From assembly GCA_963792415.1 (NCBI GenBank), contig CAWBVY010000006.1, positions 448,001 to 512,000 of the forward strand: 64,000 nt of DNA, given 5' to 3'. Numbering within the stretch: the first letter of the stretch is position 1; the number at the start of each line of letters is the position of its first letter. Position numbers and translations under genes: made by a program. Shown piece after piece: positions 41,233 through 50,591 of the stretch. This stretch comes from Candidatus Deferrimicrobiaceae bacterium. GTDB lineage: Bacteria > Desulfobacterota > Deferrimicrobia > Deferrimicrobiales > Deferrimicrobiaceae. The notes under the pieces are model-generated. The model made no database searches. It worked only from the letters and a program-made list of their open reading frames with translations, and was not told the DNA's origin.

Positions 41233-41735
41233 TTAATTTACCACGTCGTCGGGGTATTTACGAGGGACCTCTGCTCGTCGATCGTCCACTGATCAATCGG
41301 CGGGTTGTCGTTGTCGATTTCCCCGCCGCTCCTATCAGGAAAGTGTTGTCAGTGCGCGCAGGAGTCGTGGCGGTCACGGCATACGCGGGTGGTATTGCCC
41401 GCATTGTCCGTCCACGCGGTCACGACAGCAAAGGTGCCACCGCGCCTGTATCGGTAAAATCTCCGCTAATGTACGAGTACCGCGCCGTCCCGGTCGGCGA
41501 CCAGGCGATCTGCGCGAAAGTTTCCGAAGAAGTTGTGTTCGCCGAAATACGAGATCTCGGCCGTGAAGATCCCGCCGAGGTTCGTCTTGGCCTCGGACTG
41601 CTTCGACTTCGCCTGGAACCGCAGGAAGTTCGGGATGGCGATGGCGGCCAGGATGCCGATGATCGCGACGACGATCATCAGTTCGATCAGGGTGAACCCC
41701 TTCTTGCCCTTCTTGCCCCTCAGCATGCTCAGCAT
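41233..41735 (-). pseudogene. pilA: Major type IVa pilin, about 165 aa after correcting about 5 single-base indels
   Basis: AAGGAGGAG RBS; KKG|[24 protein letters not shown]; continues in shifted frames as [65 protein letters not shown]. Confidence 0.88.
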
Positions 41736-41786
41736 CTTTGTCTCCTCCTTTTGGATCTGGAAAATCGGTTTTGTTGCCCCCCTTAT

Positions 41787-41803
41787 CGCAAGGGGCGGGC
41801 CAA
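41787..41803 (-). promoter_or_regulatory. Sigma54 (-24/-12) promoter of pilA
   Basis: TTGGCCCGCCCCTTGCG with canonical GG-N10-GC spacing, about 50 bp upstream of the pilA ATG. Confidence 0.8.
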
Positions 41804-41829
41804 AACTTCAGTCCCACCGGAGGAGAAGG

Positions 41830-43219
41830 TCACTCGATCCCGTGTTTCTGCAACCGGTACCGGATCGACCGAAGGGAAATGTTCAACAATTTCGCAGCTT
41901 CCGTGCGATTTCCCCCCGTTTTTCCCAGGGCGTTCAAAAGGTGGATCTTTTCCAGGCGGTCCATCTCCGTGTCAAGAAAGACCCCCTCATTCGGGAAGGA
42001 TTCCTGATTATTCTCAACGGGTGCACCCTCCTGGGTGACAAATTTTGTCACATTCGGGGGGAGGGAGCCGATCGAGATGACATTTTTTGTCTCCATGATC
42101 GTCGCCCGCTCGAGGAGGTTTTCCAGCTCCCGTACGTTGCCCGGGAAAGTCGTAGGCGAGCAGCGCCCGCATCGCCTCCCCGTCGATCCGCTCGATCGGC
42201 TTGGCGTGCTTCTCCGAGAATTTCCGCAGGAAGTGGGCGGCCAGCGCCGGGATGTCCTCGCGGCGATCCCGCAAGGGGGGAACGGACACCTGGATGACGT
42301 TGAGGCGGAAGTAGAGGTCGTCCCGGAAGCGCCCCTCGACCATCTCCCGGTGCAGGTCCCGCTTCGAGGCGCAGACGATCCGGATGTCGATGGAGATGTC
42401 CTCGTTCCCGCCGACCCGGCGGAACGACCGCTCCTGGAGGGAGCGCAGCAGCTTGCTCTGCATCGGCTGCGGAAGCTCGCCCACCTCGTCGAGGAAGAGG
42501 GTCCCGCGGTGCGCGGTCTCGAACAGCCCTTTTTTCGTCTGCACGGCCCCGGTGAACGCGCCGCGAACGTGCCCGAACAGTTCGCTCTCGATCAGCGTCT
42601 CGGGGATGGCGGCGCAGTTGATCGGTACGAAGGGGAAATCCTTGCGGGGGCTGCGCGCGTGGAGGGCGGCGGCAACCAGCTCCTTTCCCGTGCCGCTCTC
42701 GCCCAGGATCATCACGTTGGCGTCGGTGGGGGCGACCCGGTCGATCAGCTCGAAGACCCCCAGGATCGACTCGCTCCGACCGACGATCCCCTCGTAGGAG
42801 GAGGTCCCCCGGACCGATTCGCGCAGCGCCTTCCGCCGGCCGGCGGCATCTTCCTTCCGCGCGAGGGCGGCCCGCACCAGCTTGCGGAGGTTCGCGTTGT
42901 CGAACGGCTTGGTGAGGTAGTCGTACGCCCCGTACCGGATCGCCTCCTTGGCCGTCTCGACGGTCGCGTAGGCGGTGAGCACGATCACCTGGGTCCACGG
43001 ATTTTTCTGCACGGCCGCGCGCAACACCTTCAACCCGTCGTCGGGACGCGCCATCCGAAGGTCGGTGAGGACGAGGTCGTACGCGTTCGCCGCGATCGCG
43101 GCTTCCGCCTCGGCGAGCGAGGAAGCCATGTCGACCTCGAACCCCTCCTTCTTGAAGAAGAGCTCCAGTACCTGCCGAAGGCTTTGCTCGTCGTCGACGA
43201 CGAGAACGTACTCTTTCAA
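41830..43219 (-). CDS. pilR: Sigma54-dependent response regulator PilR, one frameshift at about 42142-42148
   Basis: Receiver, GESGTGKE, GAFTGA, FLDEVG. Removing one base restores YDFPGNVRELEN and joins the Fis HTH in ORF 41830..42096. Confidence 0.88.
42035..42092. promoter_or_regulatory. Putative enhancer (UAS) pair inside pilR
   Basis: GTGACAAATTTTGTCAC (perfect inverted repeat) and TGACATTTTTTGTCT, 42 bp apart. Confidence 0.6.
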
Positions 43220-43290
43220 CCTGCCTCCTCGCTCTTTGCGGGAGCCGGCTCCCCCGCCCGCCCCTTCCGCCCCCCGGCCGGACCGCGGGG

Positions 43291-44362
43291 TCAGCTCCCG
43301 GGTGCGGTCAACTTCTTATAGTAGTTCCCCGGCCTTTTTTCCACCAGATTCGCCAGTTCCATTTCCATCAGGGACGGAAGGAGTTCCCGGACCGGCACGG
43401 ACAGGGCCTCCGAGATCTCCCCCACGTGCAGCTCCCCCGAGAGAGCGGCGAGCACCCGCTCCGCGATCCCGCCGACGGCAACGGGGGGCGGACACCCGAG
43501 AACGCCATGAACGTCGGCGACCGAGCAGACCGGGGGCGCCCCCTCCCGCAGCAGGCGGTTGCTCCCGGCCGTGTGGGCGAACCATGGGTTCCCCGGCACG
43601 ACCATCACATCGCGCCCCTGCTCGAGCGCGAACCTCGCGGTGATCAGCGCACCGCTGCGCTCCGGCGCCTCGGCCACGATCACCCCGCGCGACAACCCGC
43701 TCACGATCCGGTTCCGCTCCGGGAACCGGTGGGGCAGGGGCAACGACCCCGGCGGGTATTCCGAGAAGATCGTCCCGTTTTCGAGGATTTCTTCGCGCAA
43801 TTCCGCGTGTTCCCGGGGGTACGCCACGTCCACGCCGCAACCGAGGACCGCCACCGTCGTCCCCCCGGCGTGGAGGGCCCCCCTGTGCGCCGCCGCGTCG
43901 ATCCCGCGCGCCATCCCGCTGACCACGGTCCATCGGGCCGCGGCGAGTTCCCCCGCCAGAATGCGGGTGAATTCCCTCCCCGGCCCCGTGGGGGCGCGGC
44001 TCCCGACCACCGCCACCGCCTCCCCGCCGGTCCATGCCTTCCCGGCGCGGTAGAGGAGGAGCGGCGCCCCGGGAATCTCCCGGAGCGGGACGGGGTAGTC
44101 GCTCGCACCCCAGGGGAGGATCGCGATCCCCAGCCGCTCGCACCCCTCCCGCACGGTTTCCGACCCGCCGGTCCGCCTCCGCGGAGCCGAGCGCCGCCTT
44201 CGCCTTCCCGAGAAGGGAAACGCCCCGCGGCGTCATGCCGGGGAGGAAACCGCCCGCCCCGGAAGCGCGGAGGCGCCGGAGGTGATCGACGGTGAACCCC
44301 TCGATCAGCGACAGGCGGAGGAACGTGTCGAGGAGGGAATCGGTGCTTGCGGAATCATCCAC
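43291..44362 (-). CDS. dprA: DNA-processing protein DprA, one frameshift at about 44160
   Basis: AVVGSR, VVSGMARGIDAAAH, AVLGCG, FPERNRIVSGLS, SGALITA; N-terminus MDDSASTDSLL... lies in the adjacent frame. Confidence 0.92.
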
Positions 44363-44396
44363 GGGGGAACCCCTGGCCGGTTTCCCCCGTTATGTC

Positions 44397-44412
44397 TTCA
44401 AATGTCGTGCCG
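44397..44412 (-). promoter_or_regulatory. Candidate sigma54 promoter upstream of dprA
   Basis: CGGCACGACATTTGAA: good -24 GGCACG, -12 TTGA variant. Confidence 0.45.
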
Positions 44413-44441
44413 TCATGGAATCGCCAGGTGCGGCGAAATAA

Positions 44442-45545
44442 TTACTTCGGGGGTAACCCCCGCATGGCCGAGGCGCCCGCGGCGAACGACTCCGTGCTGC
44501 TGGTGACGTACGCCGAGGAGAAGTCCGGCGAGACACGGACCACGACCGCCCTGGCCACCGGTGCGTACAGGACCTTGCCCGATACGGTCGTCGGCGCAGC
44601 CCCTGCCGCCGCCCCGGTCGGGACGAAAAGACGGAAGACGTTCCCCACCGCAACGCCCGCGGACCCTCCCTGGTCAAGGTAGACGAAATCGCCCTGCGCG
44701 AGTTCCTTGTTCTCGAGGCGGGCGGTGATCACCGAGCACGGGATGCCGTCCGCTCCCGGGTCGATCCGCACCGGCGTATATGCCGGGATCTCCTCCGAAA
44801 TGAGGTCGGCGCGCGTGAGGTCCTCGAACGATTGCCGGACCCATCCGGTCGGCTGCCCGTCACGTATCGGCCCCGCCTGGATCACCCCGATCAGGTATTT
44901 CACATATCCGGAAACCGGACGTTTCCCCGGACTATCGATCGGTCCCCGGACCCGGTAGACGCCGAGCAGCTGGCCCTCCGGGATCTCCTTCCGGAGCGAA
45001 AGGTAGACCTGGTCGCCTTTGACGAATCCGACCTTCGGGTCCCTCCCTGCCTGGATGTTCCCGATCCCCTTCGGCGCCTCCTTCAAAAACTCCCCTGCAC
45101 GGACGAAATCCTCCGGCATGATGTCGAGGTACGGCACGCGGGGAGGGGCAACGGGTTGGACCACGGGTTTGGCCGCCTCCACGGGCGGAGCGACAGCGGC
45201 TAACGTTTCGGCGGGGCCGGAGGCGGACGCCGGCTCCTGCCCGAGCGCGAACTCTCTCGGACCGGGCGGGACGATAACGACCTGGATGCCGGGATAGATG
45301 TAGTGCGGATTGGTGAGGAAGCGGTTTTGCTCCCAGATTTCCGTCCATTTCCACGGGGACCCGAGGTATTTCGCGGAAAGATCCCAGAGGGTGTCCCCCG
45401 CGACCACCGTGTGGACGATCCCCTCGGACGGTTTCGCCGTGTCCGCCGGCGCCTGCTGTGCGAACGCACCGGACGGGAGAAGGATCAAGGTGCAAAGCAC
45501 CGTGAACACTACCCTATTCAACGACGCACGTTTCATCGTCCACAC
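44442..45545 (-). CDS. tsaP: LysM-domain secretin-associated protein TsaP
   Basis: Signal peptide, HTVVAGDTLWDLSAKYLGSPWKWTEIWEQN...NPHYIYPG; upstream of dprA, the conserved tsaP-dprA pairing. Confidence 0.75.
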   Translation of the reverse strand: MWTMKRASLNRVVFTVLCTLILLPSGAFAQQAPADTAKPSEGIVHTVVAGDTLWDLSAKYLGSPWKWTEIWEQNRFLTNPHYIYPGIQVVIVPPGPREFALGQEPASASGPAETLAAVAPPVEAAKPVVQPVAPPRVPYLDIMPEDFVRAGEFLKEAPKGIGNIQAGRDPKVGFVKGDQVYLSLRKEIPEGQLLGVYRVRGPIDSPGKRPVSGYVKYLIGVIQAGPIRDGQPTGWVRQSFEDLTRADLISEEIPAYTPVRIDPGADGIPCSVITARLENKELAQGDFVYLDQGGSAGVAVGNVFRLFVPTGAAAGAAPTTVSGKVLYAPVARAVVVRVSPDFSSAYVTSSTESFAAGASAMRGLPPK

Positions 45546-45617
45546 CCCTGTTTCCCCGCCCGGACGGCGTTATGTATCACTCTTATCGGTGAAACGGCCG
45601 TGCATCTTCAAGAAAAA

Positions 45618-46421
45618 TTACCTGCCGTACCTCCCGAAGTCAAGCGGACCTTTCCCACCGCCCGGCCATCGCAGGTGCAGGAACACCTCGCGGTTCCCCT
45701 TCGGGCCGGGAACCCGGCTCTCCGCCTCGCCGAGGACTTCGTATCCGATTTCCCGGGCGAACGCCGCGATCCCGTCGACCGCCTCACGCCGCAATTGATG
45801 GTCCCGGACGACGCCCCCCCTGCCGACGCGGCCCTTCCCCACCTCGAATTGCGGCTTCACGAGGGGGAGCGCCCAGGCGACGGGGGCAAGGAAGCGCGGG
45901 AGCACCGGGAGGATGTGCCGAAGCGAGATGAAGGAGACGTCGACGACCGCGAGCGTCACCTTTTCCGGCAGCAGATCCCCGGCCGCATGGCGGAAGTTCA
46001 CCTTTTCGAGAGAGACGACGCGCGGGTCGCGCAGCAGCCGGTCGTCCAGCAGGCGCTCCCCGACGTCGAGCGCGTAGACGCGGGAGGCGCCGCGTCGGAG
46101 CAGGCAGTCGGTGAAGCCGCCCGTCGACGCGCCCACATCGAGCGCCACGCTCCCCGCCGGGTCGATCCCGAAATCGTCGAGCGCTCCCGAGAGCTTCCCG
46201 CCGCCCCGCGAGGCGAACGGACGGGGGGCCGGCAGAAGCGCGATGTCCACGCCCTCCTTCACGGCCGTCCCGCATTTCGTGCAGACGACCCCGCCGAGGA
46301 GGACCCTCCCGGCCAGGATCAGCCCCTGGGCCTTCGCCCGGGTCTCCGCGATCCCCCGCGAGACGAGCTCGGCGTCGAGCCGGCGGCGCGAGCCGGCGGA
46401 GGGGTGCGGCGGATCAGACAA
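45618..46421 (-). CDS. tlyA: TlyA-family rRNA methyltransferase
   Basis: S4-like RLD, FASRGGGKL, LDVGASTGGFTD, DVSFISL, LVKPQFE, GPKGNRE. Confidence 0.95.
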   Translation of the reverse strand: MSDPPHPSAGSRRRLDAELVSRGIAETRAKAQGLILAGRVLLGGVVCTKCGTAVKEGVDIALLPAPRPFASRGGGKLSGALDDFGIDPAGSVALDVGASTGGFTDCLLRRGASRVYALDVGERLLDDRLLRDPRVVSLEKVNFRHAAGDLLPEKVTLAVVDVSFISLRHILPVLPRFLAPVAWALPLVKPQFEVGKGRVGRGGVVRDHQLRREAVDGIAAFAREIGYEVLGEAESRVPGPKGNREVFLHLRWPGGGKGPLDFGRYGR

Positions 46422-48366
46422 TCTTCTCGAGGCGGGACCGGATACCGTCGAGGAGCGAGGGGATCAGGGACTTCCCTTCGTGGCAGATCCGCAACGCCTC
46501 GGAAACGATGTGTTCGGACGTCAAACCGCACGCTTCACGCAACTGGGCGAGGGATCCGTGCTCGACGAACCGGTCGTGGACGCCGATCCGGCGGAATCGC
46601 TGTGGATGCTCGTCGTGCTCCTCGAGAAGCTCCATGATCGCGCTGCCGAACCCGCCCGCGAGCAGGTTCTCCTCCACGGTTACGACCCGCCCGATCCGGC
46701 GGACCAGCGGCAGGAGGAGGTCGGCGTCGAGGGGCTTTACGAACCGGGCGTCGACCACCGCCGCGGAAACACCCTGCTTTCGCAGCTCCTGCGCCGCGTG
46801 CAGGCACGTCAGGACGGTCGAACCGATCCCGACGAGGAGCACGTCTTTCCCTTCCTCCAGAAGCTCGCCCCTCCCCCAGGGAATCGTCTCGTCCCCGGAG
46901 GGGATCGCGGCCCCCGTTCCGGAACCCCGTGGATAGCGGATCGCAACGGGACGACCGGCCCCAACCGCCGTGCGAAGCATCCGGACCAGCTCGGCCTCGT
47001 CGCGCGGCGCCATGAGCGACATTTCGGGGATCTGACGCAGGAACGACATGTCGAACAATCCCTGGTGCGTGGCCCCGTCGGCCCCGACAAGGCCTCCACG
47101 GTCCACGGCGAACACCACGGGGAGCTTCTGTATGCAGACGTCGTGGATGATCTGGTCGAAGGCGCGCTGCAGGAAGGTCGAGTAGATCGCCACCACGGGG
47201 ATCTTCCCCTCGCGGGCAAGCCCCGCGGCGAAGGTCACCGCGTGGGCTTCCGCGATCCCCACGTCGAAGAACCGGTCGGGAAACGCCTCTCGAAATTTCG
47301 TAAGACCCGTCCCGCCGCACATCGCCGCGGTGATGGCGACCACTTTCGGGTTTTCCCTCGCGAGCTCTACGATCGCGTCGGAGAAGACGTCCGTGTAGGA
47401 CGGCGCCGGCGCCTTTCCGATCCCCTTCCCGGTGTCCGGGTCGAAGGCGCCCACCCCGTGGAAATATTCCGGGTTCCCCTCCGCCGGCGCGTACCCCTTT
47501 CCCTTGGAGGTCACCACGTGGACGAGCACGGGCCCTTCGATGTTTCCGAGGTTCTGGAGCGTTCCGATGAGGGCCTCGAGGTCGTGCCCGGGGATCGGGC
47601 CGATGTAGGTGTAGCCGAGCTCCTCGAACAGGAGGCCGGGGACGATGAACCCCTTCGTCAACTCCTCCGATTTTTTCGCGATCCGCGCCAGGAACGCGCC
47701 GTGGGGCATCGATTTCAGGAGCGTCTCGACCCGCTTCCGGAACGAGGTGTACAGCTTTCCGGTCATCATCCGGTTGAGGTACCCGGATAGGGCTCCGACG
47801 TTCTGGGAGATCGACCACTCGTTGTCGTTGAGGATGACGATGAGGTCGCGCTTCTGGTGACCCGCGTGGTTCAGCCCTTCGAGGGCGAGACCGGAGGAGA
47901 GGGAGCCGTCCCCTATGACGGCGACGACACGGTTCTTCTCCTTCCGGAGATCCCGGGCGACCGCCATCCCGAGGGCCGCGGAGATCGACGTGCCGGAATG
48001 CCCGGTGCCGAAGGCGTCGCAGGGGCTCTCGGAGATGCGGGGAAATCCGGAGATCCCCCCGAAGGTCCGCAGCGTCGGAAAAACGTCCCGCCTCCCCGTG
48101 AGGATCTTGTGGGCATAGGCCTGGTGCCCGACGTCCCATATGATCCGGTCCTTCGGGCAATCGAACACGTAGTGGAGGGCGACCGTGAGTTCCACCACGC
48201 CGAGGCTCGATGCGAGGTGCCCCCCGGTGCGCGCGATGTTGCGTACGATCGTCTCCCGCAGCTCCGCGGCGACGCCCGGAAGCTTGTCGCGAGGTACCTT
48301 CTTCAGTTCCGCCGGCGACTGGATCGCTGCCGGTAGGATCGGCGCCAAGCGGGGAGAATCTGCCAC
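46414..48366 (-). CDS. dxs: 1-deoxy-D-xylulose-5-phosphate synthase
   Basis: GGHLASSLGVVELT, WDVGHQAY, GDGSL...NDN, DVGIAE, YSTFLQR; start GTG after AGGAGG. Confidence 0.97.
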   Translation of the reverse strand: MADSPRLAPILPAAIQSPAELKKVPRDKLPGVAAELRETIVRNIARTGGHLASSLGVVELTVALHYVFDCPKDRIIWDVGHQAYAHKILTGRRDVFPTLRTFGGISGFPRISESPCDAFGTGHSGTSISAALGMAVARDLRKEKNRVVAVIGDGSLSSGLALEGLNHAGHQKRDLIVILNDNEWSISQNVGALSGYLNRMMTGKLYTSFRKRVETLLKSMPHGAFLARIAKKSEELTKGFIVPGLLFEELGYTYIGPIPGHDLEALIGTLQNLGNIEGPVLVHVVTSKGKGYAPAEGNPEYFHGVGAFDPDTGKGIGKAPAPSYTDVFSDAIVELARENPKVVAITAAMCGGTGLTKFREAFPDRFFDVGIAEAHAVTFAAGLAREGKIPVVAIYSTFLQRAFDQIIHDVCIQKLPVVFAVDRGGLVGADGATHQGLFDMSFLRQIPEMSLMAPRDEAELVRMLRTAVGAGRPVAIRYPRGSGTGAAIPSGDETIPWGRGELLEEGKDVLLVGIGSTVLTCLHAAQELRKQGVSAAVVDARFVKPLDADLLLPLVRRIGRVVTVEENLLAGGFGSAIMELLEEHDEHPQRFRRIGVHDRFVEHGSLAQLREACGLTSEHIVSEALRICHEGKSLIPSLLDGIRSRLEKIV

Positions 48367-48368
48367 CG

Positions 48369-49259
48369 TCACTTCCTCCTGTTCCGCACCATGCCGACGA
48401 GTTCCCGGAGCGGATCGGCTTCCGCCCCGAACGTGGAAACCGCGTCGAGCGCAGCCCGTTCGAGCACCGAGGTCCGCTCGATCGCGGCCGGCATCCCGTG
48501 GGCCACGGGGTAGGTCCACTTCCCCCGCGCCCGATCCTTGGCGATCCCCTTTCCCATCTCCTCGAAGCTCCCCGTCTCGTCGAGGATGTCGTCGGTGACC
48601 TGGAAGAGCAGACCCAGCCGCGTCCCGTACTCCCCCAGCGTCCCGATCTGCGCCGGCGAACCGCCGCCCAGGATCGCCCCCATCCGCGCGCAGGAGGCAA
48701 GGAGGGCGGCGGTCTTCCGCAGCTCGATCTCGTCGACCTCGGCCGCCGTGGAGCTCCCGGGCGCGGCGGACAGGTCCATCTGCTGGCCGCCCACCATCCC
48801 GCCCCCGCCGGCCGCCCGCGCGAGGTCGGCGATCGCCCGAACCACCCTGCCGGGATCGGCCTGCGCCAGCGGGGATTCCGCCATCACCCGAAACGCGTCC
48901 GTCAGCAGCGCGTCGCCGGCCAGGATCGCCGTTCCCTCGCCGAACATCTTGTGGGAGGTCGGCTTTCCCCGCCGGAAGTCGTCGTCGTCCATCGCCGGCA
49001 AATCGTCGTGGATCAGCGAATACGTGTGGATGTACTCGACCGCGCTGGCGAACGGAAGAAGGGCGCCTACTTCTCCACCCACCGCCAGGCCGGCGGACAG
49101 GAGCAAAACCGGCCGCACGCGCTTCCCCCCCGCCATCAGCGAGTATTCCATCGCCTCCCGGAGGGGAGACGGGATCCGGGACGCCTCGGAAGCGAAGGTT
49201 CCGGCCAGGCTCTCCTCGACCAACCCGCGCAGACGGGCGATGGTGTCGGCCGGCGTCAC
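48369..49259 (-). CDS. ispA: Farnesyl/geranylgeranyl diphosphate synthase
   Basis: GGKRVRP, SLIHDDLPAMDDDDFRRG, FQVTDDILD. Confidence 0.95.
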   Translation of the reverse strand: MTPADTIARLRGLVEESLAGTFASEASRIPSPLREAMEYSLMAGGKRVRPVLLLSAGLAVGGEVGALLPFASAVEYIHTYSLIHDDLPAMDDDDFRRGKPTSHKMFGEGTAILAGDALLTDAFRVMAESPLAQADPGRVVRAIADLARAAGGGGMVGGQQMDLSAAPGSSTAAEVDEIELRKTAALLASCARMGAILGGGSPAQIGTLGEYGTRLGLLFQVTDDILDETGSFEEMGKGIAKDRARGKWTYPVAHGMPAAIERTSVLERAALDAVSTFGAEADPLRELVGMVRNRRK

Positions 49260-49510
49260 TCTTCCTTCCCTAAGATATCGTCCTCCTCCGCGGTCTCCCG
49301 GGAGACGCCCCCCGGCTTCCGCAGGAGGAGCTCGATCTTCCGGTCGGCCTCGTCGAGGCGCTTTCGGCACGCCTCGGAGAGGCGCATCCCCTCCTCGAAC
49401 AGGCGGATCGACTCCTCCAGGGGAGGCTCCCCCGACTCGAGTCGCTCCACGACGGCTTCGAGTCCCTTCAACGCCTCCTCGAAGGAGGGCTCCTTCACTT
49501 TACCCGCCAT
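49256..49510 (-). CDS. xseB: Exodeoxyribonuclease VII small subunit
   Basis: SFEEALKGLEAVVERLESG...LFEEG. Confidence 0.95.
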   Translation of the reverse strand: MAGKVKEPSFEEALKGLEAVVERLESGEPPLEESIRLFEEGMRLSEACRKRLDEADRKIELLLRKPGGVSRETAEEDDILGKEE

Positions 49511-49596
49511 CGCGGACCGCCTCCGAAACGCTCAGCCGCTCGGCCCGTGTGCGGTCCCGTCGGTGTTGAGCATCGTATTTCATTATAGTTCACCCC

Positions 49597-50484
49597 TCAT
49601 CGGCCCGGAAGGGCGAACAGTCGCGTCGGGTCGACGCGACCACCCGGAACCCTCACGCCGAAATGCAGATGCGGCCCGGTGGCCCGTCCCGTGGAGCCGA
49701 CCGACCCGATACGGTCCCCCCGGGAGAGTTCCTGTCGCTCCGCGACGGAGAACTCCTTCAGGTGATAGTAGACGCTGAAGACACCGCCGCCGTGGTCGAT
49801 CACCACGGATCGCCCGCCGAAGAACTGCTCTCCCGCGAAGGCGACCCGACCGTCGGCGATCGCACGGACCGGCGTCCCCGAGGGCAGGTTGATGTCCACC
49901 GCGGAGTGCGGCATCCGGGGATGTCCGTTGATCACCCTGCGCGCGCCGAAGTTGGCGGGACGGTACTCCTCCACCGGCGGAAGGAACGGGGTCCGCCAGC
50001 GCGGGGGGGTCACGCGGGAGAAGCGCCGGGAAAGCTCCGCCGCCTCCGCACCGATCCGGACCAGCGTCGCGTTGTCGAAAACCGCCATCCCTTCCGGGAG
50101 GGTCAGTTCCTGGACGGCGAACTCCCGGGGGGAGACCGTCACCTCCGCCTCCGCCCGGACCCGGTCCCCGTCGTGGAACCCTTCGACGGCCACCACCGCC
50201 GGTCCCGCCGGATCGTCGAGATCCACGCCGATCAACCCCTCGTACCGTCCCGGGGCGATCTCCCGCATCGGCCAGGACGCGCGCTTCCACCGGAGGACCA
50301 GGTTGTCGACGACCCCGCTCGCCGCGACCTCCACGAGCACGGGATCGCCCACCGCCGGGGTGCCGGTCGAAACGGCGATCGACAACCTCCCTCCGGGCGC
50401 GGCGAGCGCGGGGACCCCGACGATCAATCCGAGGAGGACACCTGCCAGCATGCGGCGCAATCGCCACACGACAGAGGGGGACAT
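49597..50484 (-). CDS. M23 family metallopeptidase
   Basis: HSAVD, YYHL, GSTGRATGPHLHFG; start uncertain (50451-50484). Confidence 0.9.
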   Translation of the reverse strand: MSPSVVWRLRRMLAGVLLGLIVGVPALAAPGGRLSIAVSTGTPAVGDPVLVEVAASGVVDNLVLRWKRASWPMREIAPGRYEGLIGVDLDDPAGPAVVAVEGFHDGDRVRAEAEVTVSPREFAVQELTLPEGMAVFDNATLVRIGAEAAELSRRFSRVTPPRWRTPFLPPVEEYRPANFGARRVINGHPRMPHSAVDINLPSGTPVRAIADGRVAFAGEQFFGGRSVVIDHGGGVFSVYYHLKEFSVAERQELSRGDRIGSVGSTGRATGPHLHFGVRVPGGRVDPTRLFALPGR

Positions 50485-50565
50485 TCCTTCCAGGGGGGGA
50501 CATTCCTGGTCTGACCCGGGTCGAAGGGAAGGAGTGTCCTCCCACTGCGGGAAGGAGTGTCCTCC
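50476..50565. repeat. Nested inverted-repeat (REP/BIME-like) element
   Basis: GGGGGACATTCCT twice (50476, 50495), central palindrome GACCCGGGTC, GGGAAGGAGTGTCCTCC twice (50526, 50549). Confidence 0.8.
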
Positions 50566-50591
50566 GCCAAGGCGAAATCGCAGGGAGCGAG

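Noticed and set aside
41466-41735. Apparent short 89-aa Geobacter-style truncated pilin
   Set aside because: The pilin globular domain continues in shifted frames to 41233, so the short form is a frameshift product
42140-42150. Programmed frameshifting in pilR (and likewise dprA)
   Set aside because: The shift falls inside the invariant PGNVREL motif, no stimulatory structure is evident, and neighbouring genes show the same indel pattern
45583-45611. Sigma28-like promoter (TGAAG...CCGATAA) upstream of tsaP
   Set aside because: The -35 match and spacing are imperfect; too weak to call
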